A stretch of 64,000 nt of DNA from the human T2T-CHM13v2.0 reference genome, Homo sapiens. The first letter of the stretch is position 1; every line of letters starts with the position of its first letter. Below the pieces are notes generated by a model. The model saw only the letters and a program-made list of their open reading frames with translations, was not told where the DNA came from and ran no database searches. Location of the stretch: assembly GCF_009914755.1 (NCBI RefSeq), contig NC_060936.1. The stretch is one strand, 5' to 3'. Shown here piece after piece: positions 1-13,639 of this stretch. Position numbers and translations under genes: made by a program.

Positions 1-51
1 AGTCATTACGACCGGAATTGTTCACCGTTACTCCACTCACACTGGAAGGGA
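1..51 (-). CDS. PTPRB: Exon 11 (truncated by window edge): start of FN3 domain 8
   Basis: Acceptor cacag| at 52-53; reads (V)PSSVSGVTVNNSGRND in phase 1, the same VP-x-x-V start as the preceding FN3 exons. Confidence 0.92.
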
Positions 52-65
52 CTGTGATTTTGAAA

Positions 66-96
66 GGTGGGGGGCGGGGGGGGGGGGGGAAGGGGG
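66..96 (+). repeat. G-run (poly-C tract on the pre-mRNA) next to the exon 11 acceptor
   Basis: ggtggggggcggggggggggggggaaggggg. Confidence 0.9.
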
Positions 97-2189
97 ATTC
101 AAAAAGAAAGACACAGTCAAAAGTTTGAGTCGTCTATTGCAGTCAGCACAAACCGTGGACTCACTCAGGAGATCTAATCTGATTATATAAGAGGTCAAGG
201 AAGCGTGAGGATTTCACTCAGCTTCCAGAAGCTGAGTGTTCTTACATCAGAAAACTAATCAAAATAAAAATGTCCGGAGGCCTTTGGGATGCCTCGTAAA
301 TACAAGGATGCCACTACTGCATTTTTATGGGGTTGCTGTTTGTAAAGCATTTCAAGTGGAGACATCCTTATACAATGTTTTAGAAGGTTCCCTGTAAGAA
401 AGGGAACAAATATTTCAACAATCTAAATGAATCAACTTGAACCAAACTTACCAATAAAGCAAAAATGTTTGAGTGGAAAGGGGAAGAATACGATAGCTTT
501 TCTAAAGACCTTAAACTGGGATAGCTTCAATTTTTTTGTGATGAAGTTATTCATTCCTGGGAAGTAATAGCTAACACAACCAGAGGGACCGTTTTCCCTT
601 TGCAAGGCATTTCCTGCCCTCTAGTGGTAAGAAATAAGCCTAAAAACCTATCTTGGAAGTAAGAAGTCTGGAAGCTGGACCAACCAAGGGCAGAGAGAAC
701 TGTTATGGCGATAATGGGTTTTCTGATGTCAACTATAATCATTTGCTTATATGAATTGGGGATTAGTGTCACAAACGTTTACTGAGAACCTACTATTTGC
801 CAGGTATACAAAAATGAAAAACGCATGAATGTCTTCAAGAAGTTCTCTGGTTGGAGGTATAGTCAGCAAATTAGTAATTGCAGTATTGAGTAAAAGTTGA
901 ACCACATATCAGAAATAGGTGCCCATTAAATAGTACTGCCATAAATGAATATAGGGTTAAAATATTACAGTATATATGAACTACACTACTGTTTTAATCA
1001 TTAGTTGATTAACTTAACAGTTTCATATGATTGTCAATATCAGTACATCACTTATAATGGACAGGATTTGGCTAGATGACTTCTGAGAATCCTTCTAATG
1101 TAATATGTTCGGACTTTGTGAATTAAGCCCCAAAGCATACCTTATACTTAAAAGCACTTATCCATCACTAAAAATTATAAACTGCATTCTAGTGAACAAC
1201 TCTGGTAATGTTGATCCACATATATGGACATTTCCTAGATATAAAGTTGAACTTTTTAGCCAGAAGATTTATATATTGGTACATCTCTTCCTTCCTTTTC
1301 TTTCCTTCTTTTCTTCCTTTTTGCTTTCTTTCCTTCCTTTCTTCTGCCATCCAACCATCTATACATCCTTTAGTTGCTCTCAAAAGCAACTCATTATGCT
1401 TGTTTTTAAAAACTGCTGGAAATATTTGCAACTACTAACATTTTATTAGAAAAGACACAATTATCAAAAGTTTTCACAGAAATATGATTCACATGTTTAA
1501 GAAAAAATAGATACAAAATTTGTTTTTGCTTTAGGATGAGCATTTTCCCAGATTAGAATTAGATTTGTTAAGTATATCTAATATCTTTAATTTTAAATAT
1601 TCTGCCATCTTATCTGGGCTGGGAGGGTTTATTTATATGTTTCAACTCAGTGGAAACAGGTGAAATATAAGAATACCTTTCAAAATTATTTCAATATTGA
1701 CTAATGTTTCAGCAATTTGAGGAGATGATAAGGATTATCAAGGCCTTACCCACTGAATTCTTTACAATTGACTGTGTACAAAATTTACTAAAAGAGGCAC
1801 CTTTCAAAATCCCTATTATTGTGCTTTACAGGAGTCTCCCATTTTCCCCTTTATCGTGATAATGTGCACTCTTCATATGTTTGAGTAAAATAACTCGTGC
1901 TCAATTTATTCATATTTGATTCTCTCCTCAAAACTTTATGACCATTCTTCAAATAATTTCTTGTCCCTTTTTCCCTTTTTTGAATGCTTCTATTATATAA
2001 TATGGGTCAAATACTTGTACCTTTATTCTAATTAAAATATAAATAAAAATATAAATTAAAAAATAAAAATAATTTTAAGTCCCACTTACTTAAAGTACAC
2101 AGTTATTTCAAGAGATAGCACAGACTAGACTATTTTAGTAGCTCACAATAAGTTGGACAATCCTTGTGGTATATAAAATGAGAATCAAC

Positions 2190-2525
2190 CTGTGTGGCAG
2201 AATATGGTTCCCCGACCATTTCCTTTTCCTCTTGACACACAGCTAGACTGCATTTCTCAGGCTCCCAGGCAGTCAGATGTAGCCATGTAACTGAGTTCTG
2301 GCCAGTGGAATGTGGGTGGAAGTGAAATGCCTACTCCCAAGTCTGATGAGTTGTACCCCTCCCCAACCTCCATTCTCTGGAGAAATGGGGAGAGCTCTGA
2401 GGACCTACAGCAAAGAAGAGCCACTGATAGTAGGAGACTGTATCCCAACCAATAGAGGCATCCAATCATGAACACCCACATTATACAGTGTCTAAGCATG
2501 AATTAAATCAGTCTAATGTGACTGA
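2190..2525 (+). mobile_element. MLT1 (MLT1I/J-like) ERVL-MaLR solo LTR
   Basis: tgtgtggcag...cacacagctagactgcatttc...gccatgtaactgagttctggccagtggaatgtgg...ctgataca resembles the recalled consensus. Confidence 0.65.
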
Positions 2526-2823
2526 TACAACTGCAAATCACTGGGAAATGAATGCAAGGTCGTCCTCCACTCCTCTCCTCAGCTTTATTATTTCTCCTTC
2601 CCTATTCTGACACCCAGGGTAGGAGTGAATTATTGTGTGTGGATTAAAACACAGAAGCTTAGGGAAATAAGTTAATGGCAGAGCTAGGACCAAAACCTAG
2701 GCCTCCTGATTTCCATGCTAAGCTTTTCAGCTACCTACCCCCAAGTATGCTACACCAATGGATGGTGCCAAGAACCATTAAAAGAAAGGAAAGAAAATAT
2801 CAGGGAGAAAGATGCAGGTGACA

Positions 2824-3240
<417 letters not shown>

Positions 3241-3944
3241 TTAATGAAGTTAATGTCCTCTGGGTTCATTAAGTAGATGAGATTCATGATTTTGGAAAGA
3301 GATGCATCTATGATGCCTGCAGCTGATAAACAGAATTTGAGTGTTGAGGATGCAGAAGGAGAAGCCTGAAATCCAACTTAAAATAATTATATAAAATTAA
3401 GTAGACAAGGTCCCACTAATAATTATCAAAGCTTCTATTGGGTTTATGTAATTTTTTTCTAAGAAATGAACATACATTTTATATATCATATATATTAATT
3501 TTTTATGTTCTTTCATTGTATTACATAGAAAATTCTATGTAATTTCTTCCTCGGTGCCATGGCTCCCTGACATACATGACCATAATGACACTTATTTGTT
3601 TACTTAGCTTTCTAACAGGGAGCTATTAAGGTCAAGAAAAATTGTTTAGATAGCATATTAAGCACTTGTTTAACGTTGCTTATGAAAATATATGAGACCT
3701 GAAAATTAGATCAACTCCACCTCTAACCATATTAATTGGAGATCATTTTCTTTTTATGTCTTGCAAACCAAGAATATATAAGAGTGAAAGATGCTTTCTT
3801 TGGGAGGTTTGTTTTGTTTTTTATCCATTATTGTTTACCTTAACTGGAACATAAACATTTCAAAGGAAATCAACTGAATAGGGGGATAAGTCTAGACATC
3901 GAGTGAGGAGTTCTTACATGTTCATTGGAGATGTTAAAATATTC

Positions 3945-4242
3945 AGCCAGGAGTGGTGGCTCACGCCTGTAATCCCAGAACTTTGGGAGGCCGAGGCGGG
4001 TGGATCACCTGAGGTCAGGAGTTCGAGAGCAGCCTGACCAATGTGGAGAAACCCTGTCTCTACTAAAAATACAAAGTTAGCAGGGCGTGGTGGCACACGC
4101 CTGTAATCCCAGCTACTCGGGAGACTGAGGCAGGAGAATTGCTGAACCCAGGAGGCGGAGGTTGCGGTGAGCCGAGATCACGCCATCGCACTCCAGCCTG
4201 AGCAACCAGAGCGAAATTCCGTCTCAAAAAAAAAAAAAAAAA
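3945..4242 (+). mobile_element. AluS (Sp-like), full length
   Basis: Dimeric Alu with poly(A); ggagaaaccc and gttgcggtgag are diagnostic positions. Confidence 0.95.
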
Positions 4243-4442
4243 TCAGAATTTATTCTCTCTTGCCATCACCCATCGCCCAATTTCCATTCCATATACCTTC
4301 TGGATGGCTAGCTTTTGTGAAACTTAGCTTTTGTAAAGGCCAGGGATGAGTCTGATTTTAGGATATTTCTATAATATTCTGATTAGGGGTCTCATGTACT
4401 CAGATCTTAGTTAAGTCACAGACACATATCTCTACTTCTTAC

Positions 4443-4709
4443 CTGTTCTTCCCTCCACAACCACTTGTCGGGAAGAGATCCCTCCACTCACTGTTGTTAC
4501 CACCACGGAGTACAGGCTGCCGGACTTGAGAGAGTGGAAGCTGTATCTGCTGGTCTCACTGGAGATGCTTTCATTTTTAATGACCACATTTTCATGGATC
4601 AGTAAGACTTGGTAAAATTCTACGTCTCCTTGTGCCTGGGTCCAGTTAGTAAACAGACTACTGGTCATTCCTTGGTTGGCCACATGCAAGTCAGTCACTT
4701 GGGCAGGCA
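4443..4709 (-). CDS. PTPRB: Exon 10: FN3 domain 7
   Basis: 267 nt, phase 1-1; VPAQVTDL...LFTNWTQA...SLKSGSLYSVVV; donor |gtaaga. Confidence 0.97.
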
Positions 4710-5239
4710 CTAAAACAGTAGACAGAAGAAAAAACAAATGACACTTAGTCACCTTAAGAAAGTGTAAGAAAAATGAGTCAAAAAATGGAGACAGACTTGA
4801 AAGTACTAAAAATAATTTTTGTGTTGTTGCTATAGACTCTCAGTTCTATTTCCTGTGGCATATGGAGAACTACTCCTCTAGAGAGGCTCTAGTACTTTGA
4901 AAAAGCTGCTTATATAGGGAATCAAAATTATTTAAGATCCAAAGATGAGATGATGCATGCTTATTAAGTGGTTTTGATTTTAAATTTTAGATAATGAAGG
5001 CTGCTATTTTTGAAAACTGCTTAGTTAATGTGATTTTATCTGTCCTTACCCCATGAGAATTCAAAGCTATCTAATCTACCTGAGCCAATGATTGTTATGG
5101 GGTGGTATTGGGAATTCCCTTCAGTCTGTTGATTATGGTCTAGCAAACTGATTAGTTCTATACTGGCACATTCTTAAAGGGGCTGTTATTATACATGAAC
5201 ATGTGATAATAATATAAATTATAATATATATATTAAAAA

Positions 5240-5480
5240 ATAATGATAATAACAACAACTACTGAAGGCCTACTATGTGCCAGTTATGAGCTATATGTCT
5301 CATAAAGGTTACATTATTTGACACCCATTCAGAACTCTATAAAGTTGACTTTATTATTCCATTTATTAACAAGGAAACCAAGGATCATAAAATGTAAGTA
5401 ATTTAGCCTATATCACAGTGCTAACAAATAGCCAACCTGGAACTGAAAGCTAGATTTATCTAACCCCTAAGCCTGTGTCC
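5240..5480 (-). mobile_element. MIR
   Basis: cctactatgtgccag...attattccatt...aggaaaccaagg...aagtaatttagcc core. Confidence 0.65.
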
Positions 5481-5689
5481 TTTTCCTAATTAACAACATT
5501 TATTTCTTCCAACTTATCATTTAACAAATCTTATACACAGATCTTGAAGTTGGCACTTGGTCAACATACATTCTTCTTTGTGCCTCTTTCCTGAATTACA
5601 ATAATCAAAGGGACTGGAACCTTGGCACCCCTCTTTCTCAAAGTTCATTGACTTCTGGATTAAGATACAAAAGCGTTCATTAAAAAAAT

Positions 5690-6600
5690 CCTACTGTATA
5701 TGGATCAGATTCAATTCTAAAGATTCAATTATAATTCTAAATTTTATATGAAAGGCAAACAGCTACAGTGGCCAAAGCAATTTTGAAAAAGATGAATAAA
5801 GTTAGAGGACTAACACCACCTGATTTCACTAAAAATCTTGTAATCAAGACAGGATAATACTGGCAAAGGGCAGACAGAAACATAGATTGATAGAACAGAA
5901 TTGAGAGCCCAGAGATAGAAGAATATGCTATCAATGGATTTTTTAGAGATTCAAAGGCAATTTCATGGAGAAAAGATAGTCTTTTCAATACATAGAGGTA
6001 GAATTATCAGATGTCTATATGCAAAGAAAAAAACCTTCACCTATATCTCACATCATATATAAAAATTAACTCAAAATGGGTCGCAGACCTACATTTAAAA
6101 CCTAAAACTATAACCTTCTAGGAGAAAACCTTTGTGACCTTGATTTAGGCAAATATTTTTAGATATGACACCACAGCATGATTTATGAAAGAAAAAAACT
6201 GATAAATTGGACATCAAAATGAAAAACCGACAGAAAACATTTTGACCAAGGACAAACAAACAATCCTATTTTAAAATCCAGCAAAATATTTGAACAAAAA
6301 CTTCCCCAGAAAAGATAAATGGGTGACAAATAAGCTTGTGAAAGGATTCTCAAACCCATTAGACATTAGAAAAAGGCAAATTAAAACCACATGAGCTATC
6401 ATTATCTTATTATAATGGCTATTCCATTAGAATGGCTAAATTTTAAAACAAACTGCTAATACCATGTACTACATGCTGAGAACACGGAGGAAGTGGAAAT
6501 TTCATACATTGCTGGTGGGAATGTAAAATTTTACAATACTTTGGAAAGCAGTTTGGCAGTTTTCTACAAAGTTAAACATGCATTTACCATATGACCCAGC
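5690..6600 (+). mobile_element. Old L1M fragment (3' part of ORF2)
   Basis: Degenerate ORF2 motifs (ctaaaattttatatgaaa, aacagaattgagagcccaga, aaaattaactcaaaatgg, taccatatgacccagcaat). Confidence 0.8.
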
Positions 6601-6639
6601 AATATGGGTGGTGGGGATGATAAAAATGACCTTAGGTCT

Positions 6640-8350
6640 AAAACAATGTCTTGGACTTCCCTTTCTGGCAGTATGATAGGCTAGATACCATGAAAATCCT
6701 TCTAATAAACACAACTATACATATTGGATAAAATGTGAAAATGTAAATGAATGACTTGTCAGGAATGTAAGAGATTCTCAAAGGCCAAAAAGTAAAGGAT
6801 AGAGAGGTAATTGGATCATAAAGCGAACTGTTGTGTTGAGAGCACCTTTCAAATGCAAATGTAAGCTTTGATTTTATAGCACTGCAGGATATTGGAGAAA
6901 GGAGGTAAAGTGTAGATTTTTCCAGGCTGAAGAAACTCATAGCTGACCTTGCATAACATTGGAAAGGCTACATTCTAAGTATAAGTGAAATAAATAGTCT
7001 CTCTTTACTCCCCATACAACTTCAGCCTTCTTAATACTGGATGGAGAAAACGATTTCCTCTGAGAACTCATAACCTTAAGATAGTTTCAATGTGTTTGCA
7101 ACCTGAATTTATAAAACCCAGGTGATCAAAGAACCTAAAGTTGACAATTTAGATTAAAGTAGGTCTGGTTTGATAGCAGTCTTGTGCACCTGAAAGAATC
7201 AAATGAAAATTCTTTCTGAAACTCACCTTCAAACATGGCCTTAAATAATTTCCACAGAATAAAATTCTAGGGAAAACAGGCTTACAGTAAAAAGAAATCA
7301 CATACATTTAAAGAAATAAAGCAACATAAACAAAAGGCAGGAAAATCAAAAGACAACAGAACTTAACTCCTGAAGATTTCAGCTATTATAATTATCAGAC
7401 ATAGGATGGAAAATAAACATTGTTAATTTGCATATAACAATACAGGAGGGGAATGAAAATATAACTAAAGAGCAACAGAGCACAACATAAATTTGAAAGA
7501 GAGCCAAAGAGAATGCTTAAAAGTGAACATAACAATTAAAATTTAAAACAGTGGGTAGATTTTAAAATAGATTAGACAAAGCTGAAGAAAGAATTAATGA
7601 AATGAATCAAAGATATGAGAAAGTTACCTATACTGTAGTTCAGAGAGAAAACACATGGAAAATATGAAATATATTGATGTGTTCATATATGTGTGTTCTA
7701 GAATACCAGAAGATGACAGAGTGGGGAATGGAGAAGGGGCAAGAGGCAATATTAGAGAGTTAATAGCTGAGAATTTCCAGGATTGTAGAAAGACACTAGT
7801 TGGAAAGTACAGAAATGCCAATCAATCTTGAGCAAGAGAAACAAAAAGAAATATATCTACACCTTGATCATTATTGTGAAACAACTGAACCCCAAAGGCA
7901 AAAAAGCAGTCATAGCAAACAGACTCATAGAGAAATAAAAATCAGACTGACAGCTGACTCAGCGCAACAATAAATCCCAGAAAGACTAGAATAATATCTT
8001 TTATGTGCTGAGAGAAAGTAACTTTAAACACAGAGTTGGAACTTAAGGAAAATATCTTTCAAGACCGAGAGCTATATAAAAATGAGAGCTATATAAAAAT
8101 ATGCCCAGCAAAAACAAAATTTGAGAGAGTTTGTCCCTAGAAACTCTCAATGAAGAAATTTGAATAACGTTCTCCAGGATAAAGGAAAATAATCCCAGAT
8201 AAAACATCTCAGATGCAGGGGGAAAAAATGAGAAAAAAGGTAGTAAATTGGTAGGTAAATCTAAACAGATGTTGACTATATAAAGCAATAATTATATTTT
8301 TGTGGGATCAAAAGAGGAGAGAAAAATAAGATACAGGACAATAGTATATA
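6640..8350 (+). mobile_element. Old L1M fragment (5'UTR and ORF1 region)
   Basis: A-rich, with degenerate ORF1 motifs (agattagacaaagctgaagaaagaatta, atagctgagaatttcca, aatcagactgacagctgact). Confidence 0.7.
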
Positions 8351-8365
8351 CATTGAAAAAAGAAA

Positions 8366-8664
8366 TTTCTTTTTTTTTTTTTTTTTGAGGCAGGTTCTCG
8401 CTCTATCACCCAGGCTAGTGTGCAGTGGCAGGATCTCGACTCATGCAACCTCCACCTCCTGGGTTTAAGTGATTCTTATGCCTCAGCCTCCCGAGTATCT
8501 GGGATTACAGGTATGTGCCACCACTCCCAGCTAATTTTTGTGTTTTTAGTAGAGACAGTGTCTTGCCATGTTGGCCAGGCTGGTCTTGAATTCCTGGCCT
8601 CAAGATCCACCCATCTCGGCCTCCCAAAGTGCTGGGATTACAGATGTGAGCCACGGCGTCCAAC
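8366..8664 (-). mobile_element. Alu, full length
   Basis: Poly(T) followed by reverse-complement Alu dimer. Confidence 0.93.
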
Positions 8665-8794
8665 TAAAAAGGGAAATCTTGATGACTTTGCTTCCAATTA
8701 CACTGAAAAAAATGAAAGCAATTAGAAGATAACTGCTCACCCTACAACGATCCACCTATTGGCATCTGCACCCACATATTCTCTCTTTCCTAGC

Positions 8795-9888
8795 TGATAC
8801 GGTTTGGCTCTGTGTCCCCACCCAAATCTCATCTTGAATTGTAATCCCCATGTGTCCAAGGAGGGAGGTGACTGGATCATGGGAGTGGTTTCCCCCATGC
8901 TGTTCTTGTGTTAGTGAGTGATTTCTCACAAGATCTGATGGTTTTATAAGGGGCTCTTTCCCCTTTCATCTCCATCACTTCCCCTCCTGCCACCTTGTGA
9001 AGAAGGTGCCTGCTTCCCCTTCACCTTCCACCATGATTTTTAAAAATTAATTAATTAATTAATTTTATTACACTTTAAGTTCTAGGGTACCTGTGCACAA
9101 CATGCAGTTTTGTTACATAGGTATACATGTGCCATGTTGGTGTGCTGTGCCCATTAACTCATCATTTACATTAGATATGTCTCCTAATGCTATCCCTCCC
9201 CCGACCCCCGACCCCACAACAGGCCCCGGTGTGTGATGTTCCCCACTCTGTGTCCAAGTGTTCTCATTGTTCAATTCCCACCTATGAGTGAGAACATGTG
9301 GTGTTTGATTTTCTGTCTTTGGGATAGTTTGCTCAGAATGATGGTTTCCAGCTTCATTCACGTCCCTACCAAGGACACGAACTCATCCTTTTTTATGGCT
9401 GCATAGTATTCTGTGGTGTAATATGTGCCACATTTTCCTAATCCAGTCTATCATTGATGGACATTCGGGTTGGTTCCAAGTCTTTGCTATTGTGAATAGT
9501 GCCGCAATAAACATACGTGTGCATGTGTCTTTATAGCAGCATGATTTATAATCTTTTGGGTATATACCTAGTAATGGGATGGCTGGGTCAAATGGTATTT
9601 CTAGTTCTAGATCCTTGAGGATTTGCCAGACTGTCTTCCACAATGGTTGAACTAGTTTACAGTCCCACCAACAGTGTAAAAGTGTTCGTATCTCTCCACA
9701 TCCTCTCCAGCACCTGTTGTTTCTTGACTTTTTAATGATCGCCATTCTAACTGAACTTCCACCATGATTATAAGTTTCCTGAGGCCTCCCTAGTCATGTG
9801 GAACTGTGAGTCAATTAAACCTCTTTCCTTTATAAATTACCCAGTCTTGGGTAGGATCTTTATAGTAGTGTGAAAACAGACTAATATA
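8795..9888 (+). mobile_element. THE1 (ERVL-MaLR) solo LTR, split by an L1PA insertion
   Basis: Begins tgatacggtttggctctgtgtccccacccaaatctcatcttgaattg and ends gaaaacagactaatata; 5-bp TSD ctagc/ccagc. Confidence 0.9.
9039..9755 (-). mobile_element. 5'-truncated L1PA (ORF2 C-terminus and 3'UTR)
   Basis: ORF 9383-9745 matches the ORF2p Cys-rich end (RCWRGCGE...[13 protein letters not shown]); exact 14-bp TSD cttccaccatgatt at 9025-9038 and 9756-9769. Confidence 0.96.
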
Positions 9889-10413
9889 CCAGCTGACATT
9901 GAGATTAGATTCCCCATGCTCCTTTCTAAAGCCAATTCCTTCACTTGTGCTCTAGATCCCAATACCTCTTGCCTACTCATGGAATAACTGCAGCAATTCT
10001 TCCCTCTCACTTTACATCATCATGATTTCCCTTCTACATCTTCTAGATCATTCCCTCCAGCATAAAACATGCTGTTATTTCTTCTGCCTTTAAAAAATCA
10101 TCCTCCTTTCAACCATAGTTCCTCTTCTAGATGCTGCCCTATTTCTCTGCTCTCCTTTACAGCAAAACTCCTTGAAACGGTTGTTCTTTACTCTTTTTCA
10201 AGTTTAGCAAACTAAATCCAAGCAAAGTAAAAAGAAGGAACTAATAAAGATAAGAACTGCAATTGGTAAAATAGAAAACAAACACAATAGAAAGGATCCA
10301 TAAAGCAATGCCCAGTACATAATAGGCAGTTAATGAATACTTGTAAATTGCATGTTAAATAGTAATTCAGCAGACAGAACACTTTAAAATGTAAAATTTA
10401 TAAAGGTTACTAC

Positions 10414-10674
10414 CTGTTCTTCCTTTTACTGAAGAGGAATTTTTTAAGTCTCCACTAATACTGGTGACTGTAGCCATGTATTTTCGTCCAGGCACCAGGT
10501 CAGTAAAAGTGAATTCTTTGGCATCTTTGGAGAGTGACTTGTGGATCAGTAAGAGGTCTCTGTCAGCTAGGGAAATGATGTATTTCTCCCATTCTGCTAC
10601 AGGGGTCTGCCACATGATACTCAGTGAGGTTTCATTGGCATGTTTGACACGAAGCTGGAGGACAGCCAGGGGGA
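10414..10674 (-). CDS. PTPRB: Exon 9: FN3 domain 6
   Basis: 261 nt, phase 1-1; VPLAVLQLRVKHANETSLSIMWQTP...DLVPGRKYMATV; donor |gtagta. Confidence 0.97.
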
Positions 10675-11225
10675 CTGAGGAAAAAGCAATGGAGATGGGT
10701 CATTGATGGACTGAGGCATATTCATAGGGTATACTTTTGATAGTTCTCCTCTTCCATCCTTAAGCGTGTTTCAGTTCAACATTTATTTTATGAATGTCTC
10801 TGAGCATTAAAACAAAATCTTATCACAAAAAACTTTGTTCATGTAATGTAACCAGAAATACAGACTCAATTAGAAAACATCTTGCCAGAAGAGTCATTGA
10901 TTTTTGACTGTATAATACTTTGAGTTTATCTTTTTGTATGAATTCTGTAATACAAAAATATTTACTCCAATCTTGTCATTCACAAAATCACAAAGAAAAG
11001 TTCCTGTTTAAGTATTTAGGTGGAGTTAGGAGTATTTGTTACCCCCATAGGTTGAGGAGACCAAGTGCAACTTTCCCTCATTTCTGAGGTGGGGGACACT
11101 GATGTGTTCATGGAAGGGCGAGTTGGCTGGCAATAATAGCATTTAATTGAGGACTTATCTCAAAATTGATTCCTTTAAAAGGTTTTATTGTTAAAATTTC
11201 TAGGAGACATTAAGAATAAACTGTT

Positions 11226-11501
11226 GGTTGGGTGCGGTGGCTCACATCTGTAATCCCAGCACTTTGGGAGGCCGAGGCGGGTGGATCACTTGAGGTCAGG
11301 AGTTTGAGACCACCCTGGCCAATATGGCAAAACTCCATCTCTACTAAAAATACAAAAATTAGCCGGGCGTGGTGGCTCACATCTGTAGTCTCAGCGGGAG
11401 GCTGAGGCATGAGAATTGCTTAAGTGGGGGAGGTGGAGGTTGCAGTGAGCTGAGATGGTGCCACTGCACTCCAGCCTAGGCAACAGAGCAAGACTCTGTC
11501 T

Positions 11502-11539
<38 letters not shown>

Positions 11540-11540
11540 G
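11226..11540 (+). mobile_element. AluS with (GAAAA)n tail
   Basis: Dimeric Alu; TSD aagaataaactgtt / aagaataaagtgtt. Confidence 0.95.
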
Positions 11541-11757
11541 AATAAAGTGTTGCTGCCTTAAATTATGAAAGAATCAAGTATTAAAAATTTTCTTGTAAAT
11601 TTTGCATCCATAAATTTTCTATAAATCCATTCTAATTGAGTCCCTAACTCTCCATCTTCCTTCTTCGGTATAGAGAAATAATTTGATTATTTACATCGAG
11701 GCCTACTTCAAGTTACCTGAATAAGGTGAACCAGAGACACAGTTTAAGAAAAGTTTG

Positions 11758-12072
<315 letters not shown>

Positions 12073-12076
12073 GTTT

Positions 12077-12396
<320 letters not shown>

Positions 12397-13369
12397 GTTC
12401 TCCTGAGAATTATGCTGACATGCTGAGAGCCCCTAATGTTCTGTGATCTTCCATTTCCAAGTTATTTGAGGTGAGTGATAAAATATTGGAGATGACAGAG
12501 ATGCTTGTCCTGTGAAATACTAAAAGTCGCTTAGTTTAAGCTCTGTAGGTCTTTGATCATCATCCAGTGGATATTAATATTTGGAAGATGAGGAGATTAC
12601 TGCAAGACACATTGGCAAGCTAAGTGGGTGTCATGATCCTTTTCTTTGACATTGTTCTAAGAAGAACAGTGAATCCATGTAGTTATTTCCCTATTATCAG
12701 GCGAACTAAGAAAGAAGGTATTTGAATTTCACTCTAAATATGGAGTATTTCACATTACAAGGATTATCAAGCAAATGTTGAACTTGGAAGTGCAACTCTC
12801 TTATTTGACAATATGAGTACAAGTATTTGACAGTATGAGGATACTGAAACATGAGTCTTGGTATTCTTGCTGTCACGATTATATTGCAAAGCTTTGGGCA
12901 AGTTATAACCTCTTTGAGCCTGTTTTCTCATTTCAGTATCCTTATTCTTCCCTTCCCTAAAATCCAAATATATCCCTCTCCACTTTAATCACTCTTCATT
13001 GGTACCTGAAATCCCCACATTAGTCAACATGAGGTCAAGGCAATGGTTCCCTAATGCTGATCACTAGCAAAAGGTTCTTCTTTTGTGGGAAGGGTCAGTG
13101 TTTGTTTTCAGAATGTATGCATCTTACTCTTTTGGTGTTTGAAATGGCTTTCTTTCATGAAATAATGGAGTTACTAGTGGAAGTGATTTTAAATGTTCTA
13201 ATTTGACAAATTAGGTGTTAGAAACCCCATGTTAGCCTTAAAGTCCTTAATATCTCAAATTCAGAAAACACCAGGGTATGATATTAGCAGTTACGGCAGT
13301 TACCTGGGTTACCTGGGAGAGGGAACAAATTACTCTTCCATTGGTATTAACATCTTCATATTTGCCTAC

Positions 13370-13639
13370 CTGTCCTGCCTTGGCAACGCTCAGAATTCTT
13401 CAAATTTCCACTCTCAACAATGACTTCCACCTCATACTGTCTTCCCGGTACGAGCCCCGTGTCATCCATGACATACTGTGTTTCTTCCTTTCCCACAGTG
13501 ATGTTGAGCAGCACCACAGAATCATTGAAGAGTAGGATCCGATACTGCTCCCAGTCTCCAGCAGGGGGCGACCAGCTCACTACAAGAGACCTCATCCTGC
13601 CATTATTGTTTGCCTCCAGGTTTGCAACTTTGTCTGGAA
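13370..13639 (-). CDS. PTPRB: Exon 8: FN3 domain 5
   Basis: 270 nt, phase 1-1; FPDKVANL...LVVSWSPP...GLVPGRQYEVEV; donor |gtaggc. Confidence 0.97.

Larger units (their letters stand above)
8680..10195 (+). mobile_element. L2 fragment, split by the THE1 LTR
   Basis: L2-like sequence at ~8680-8794 and ~9889-10195 (cacttgtgctctagatccc, atttctctgctctcctttacagcaaaactccttgaa). Confidence 0.7.
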
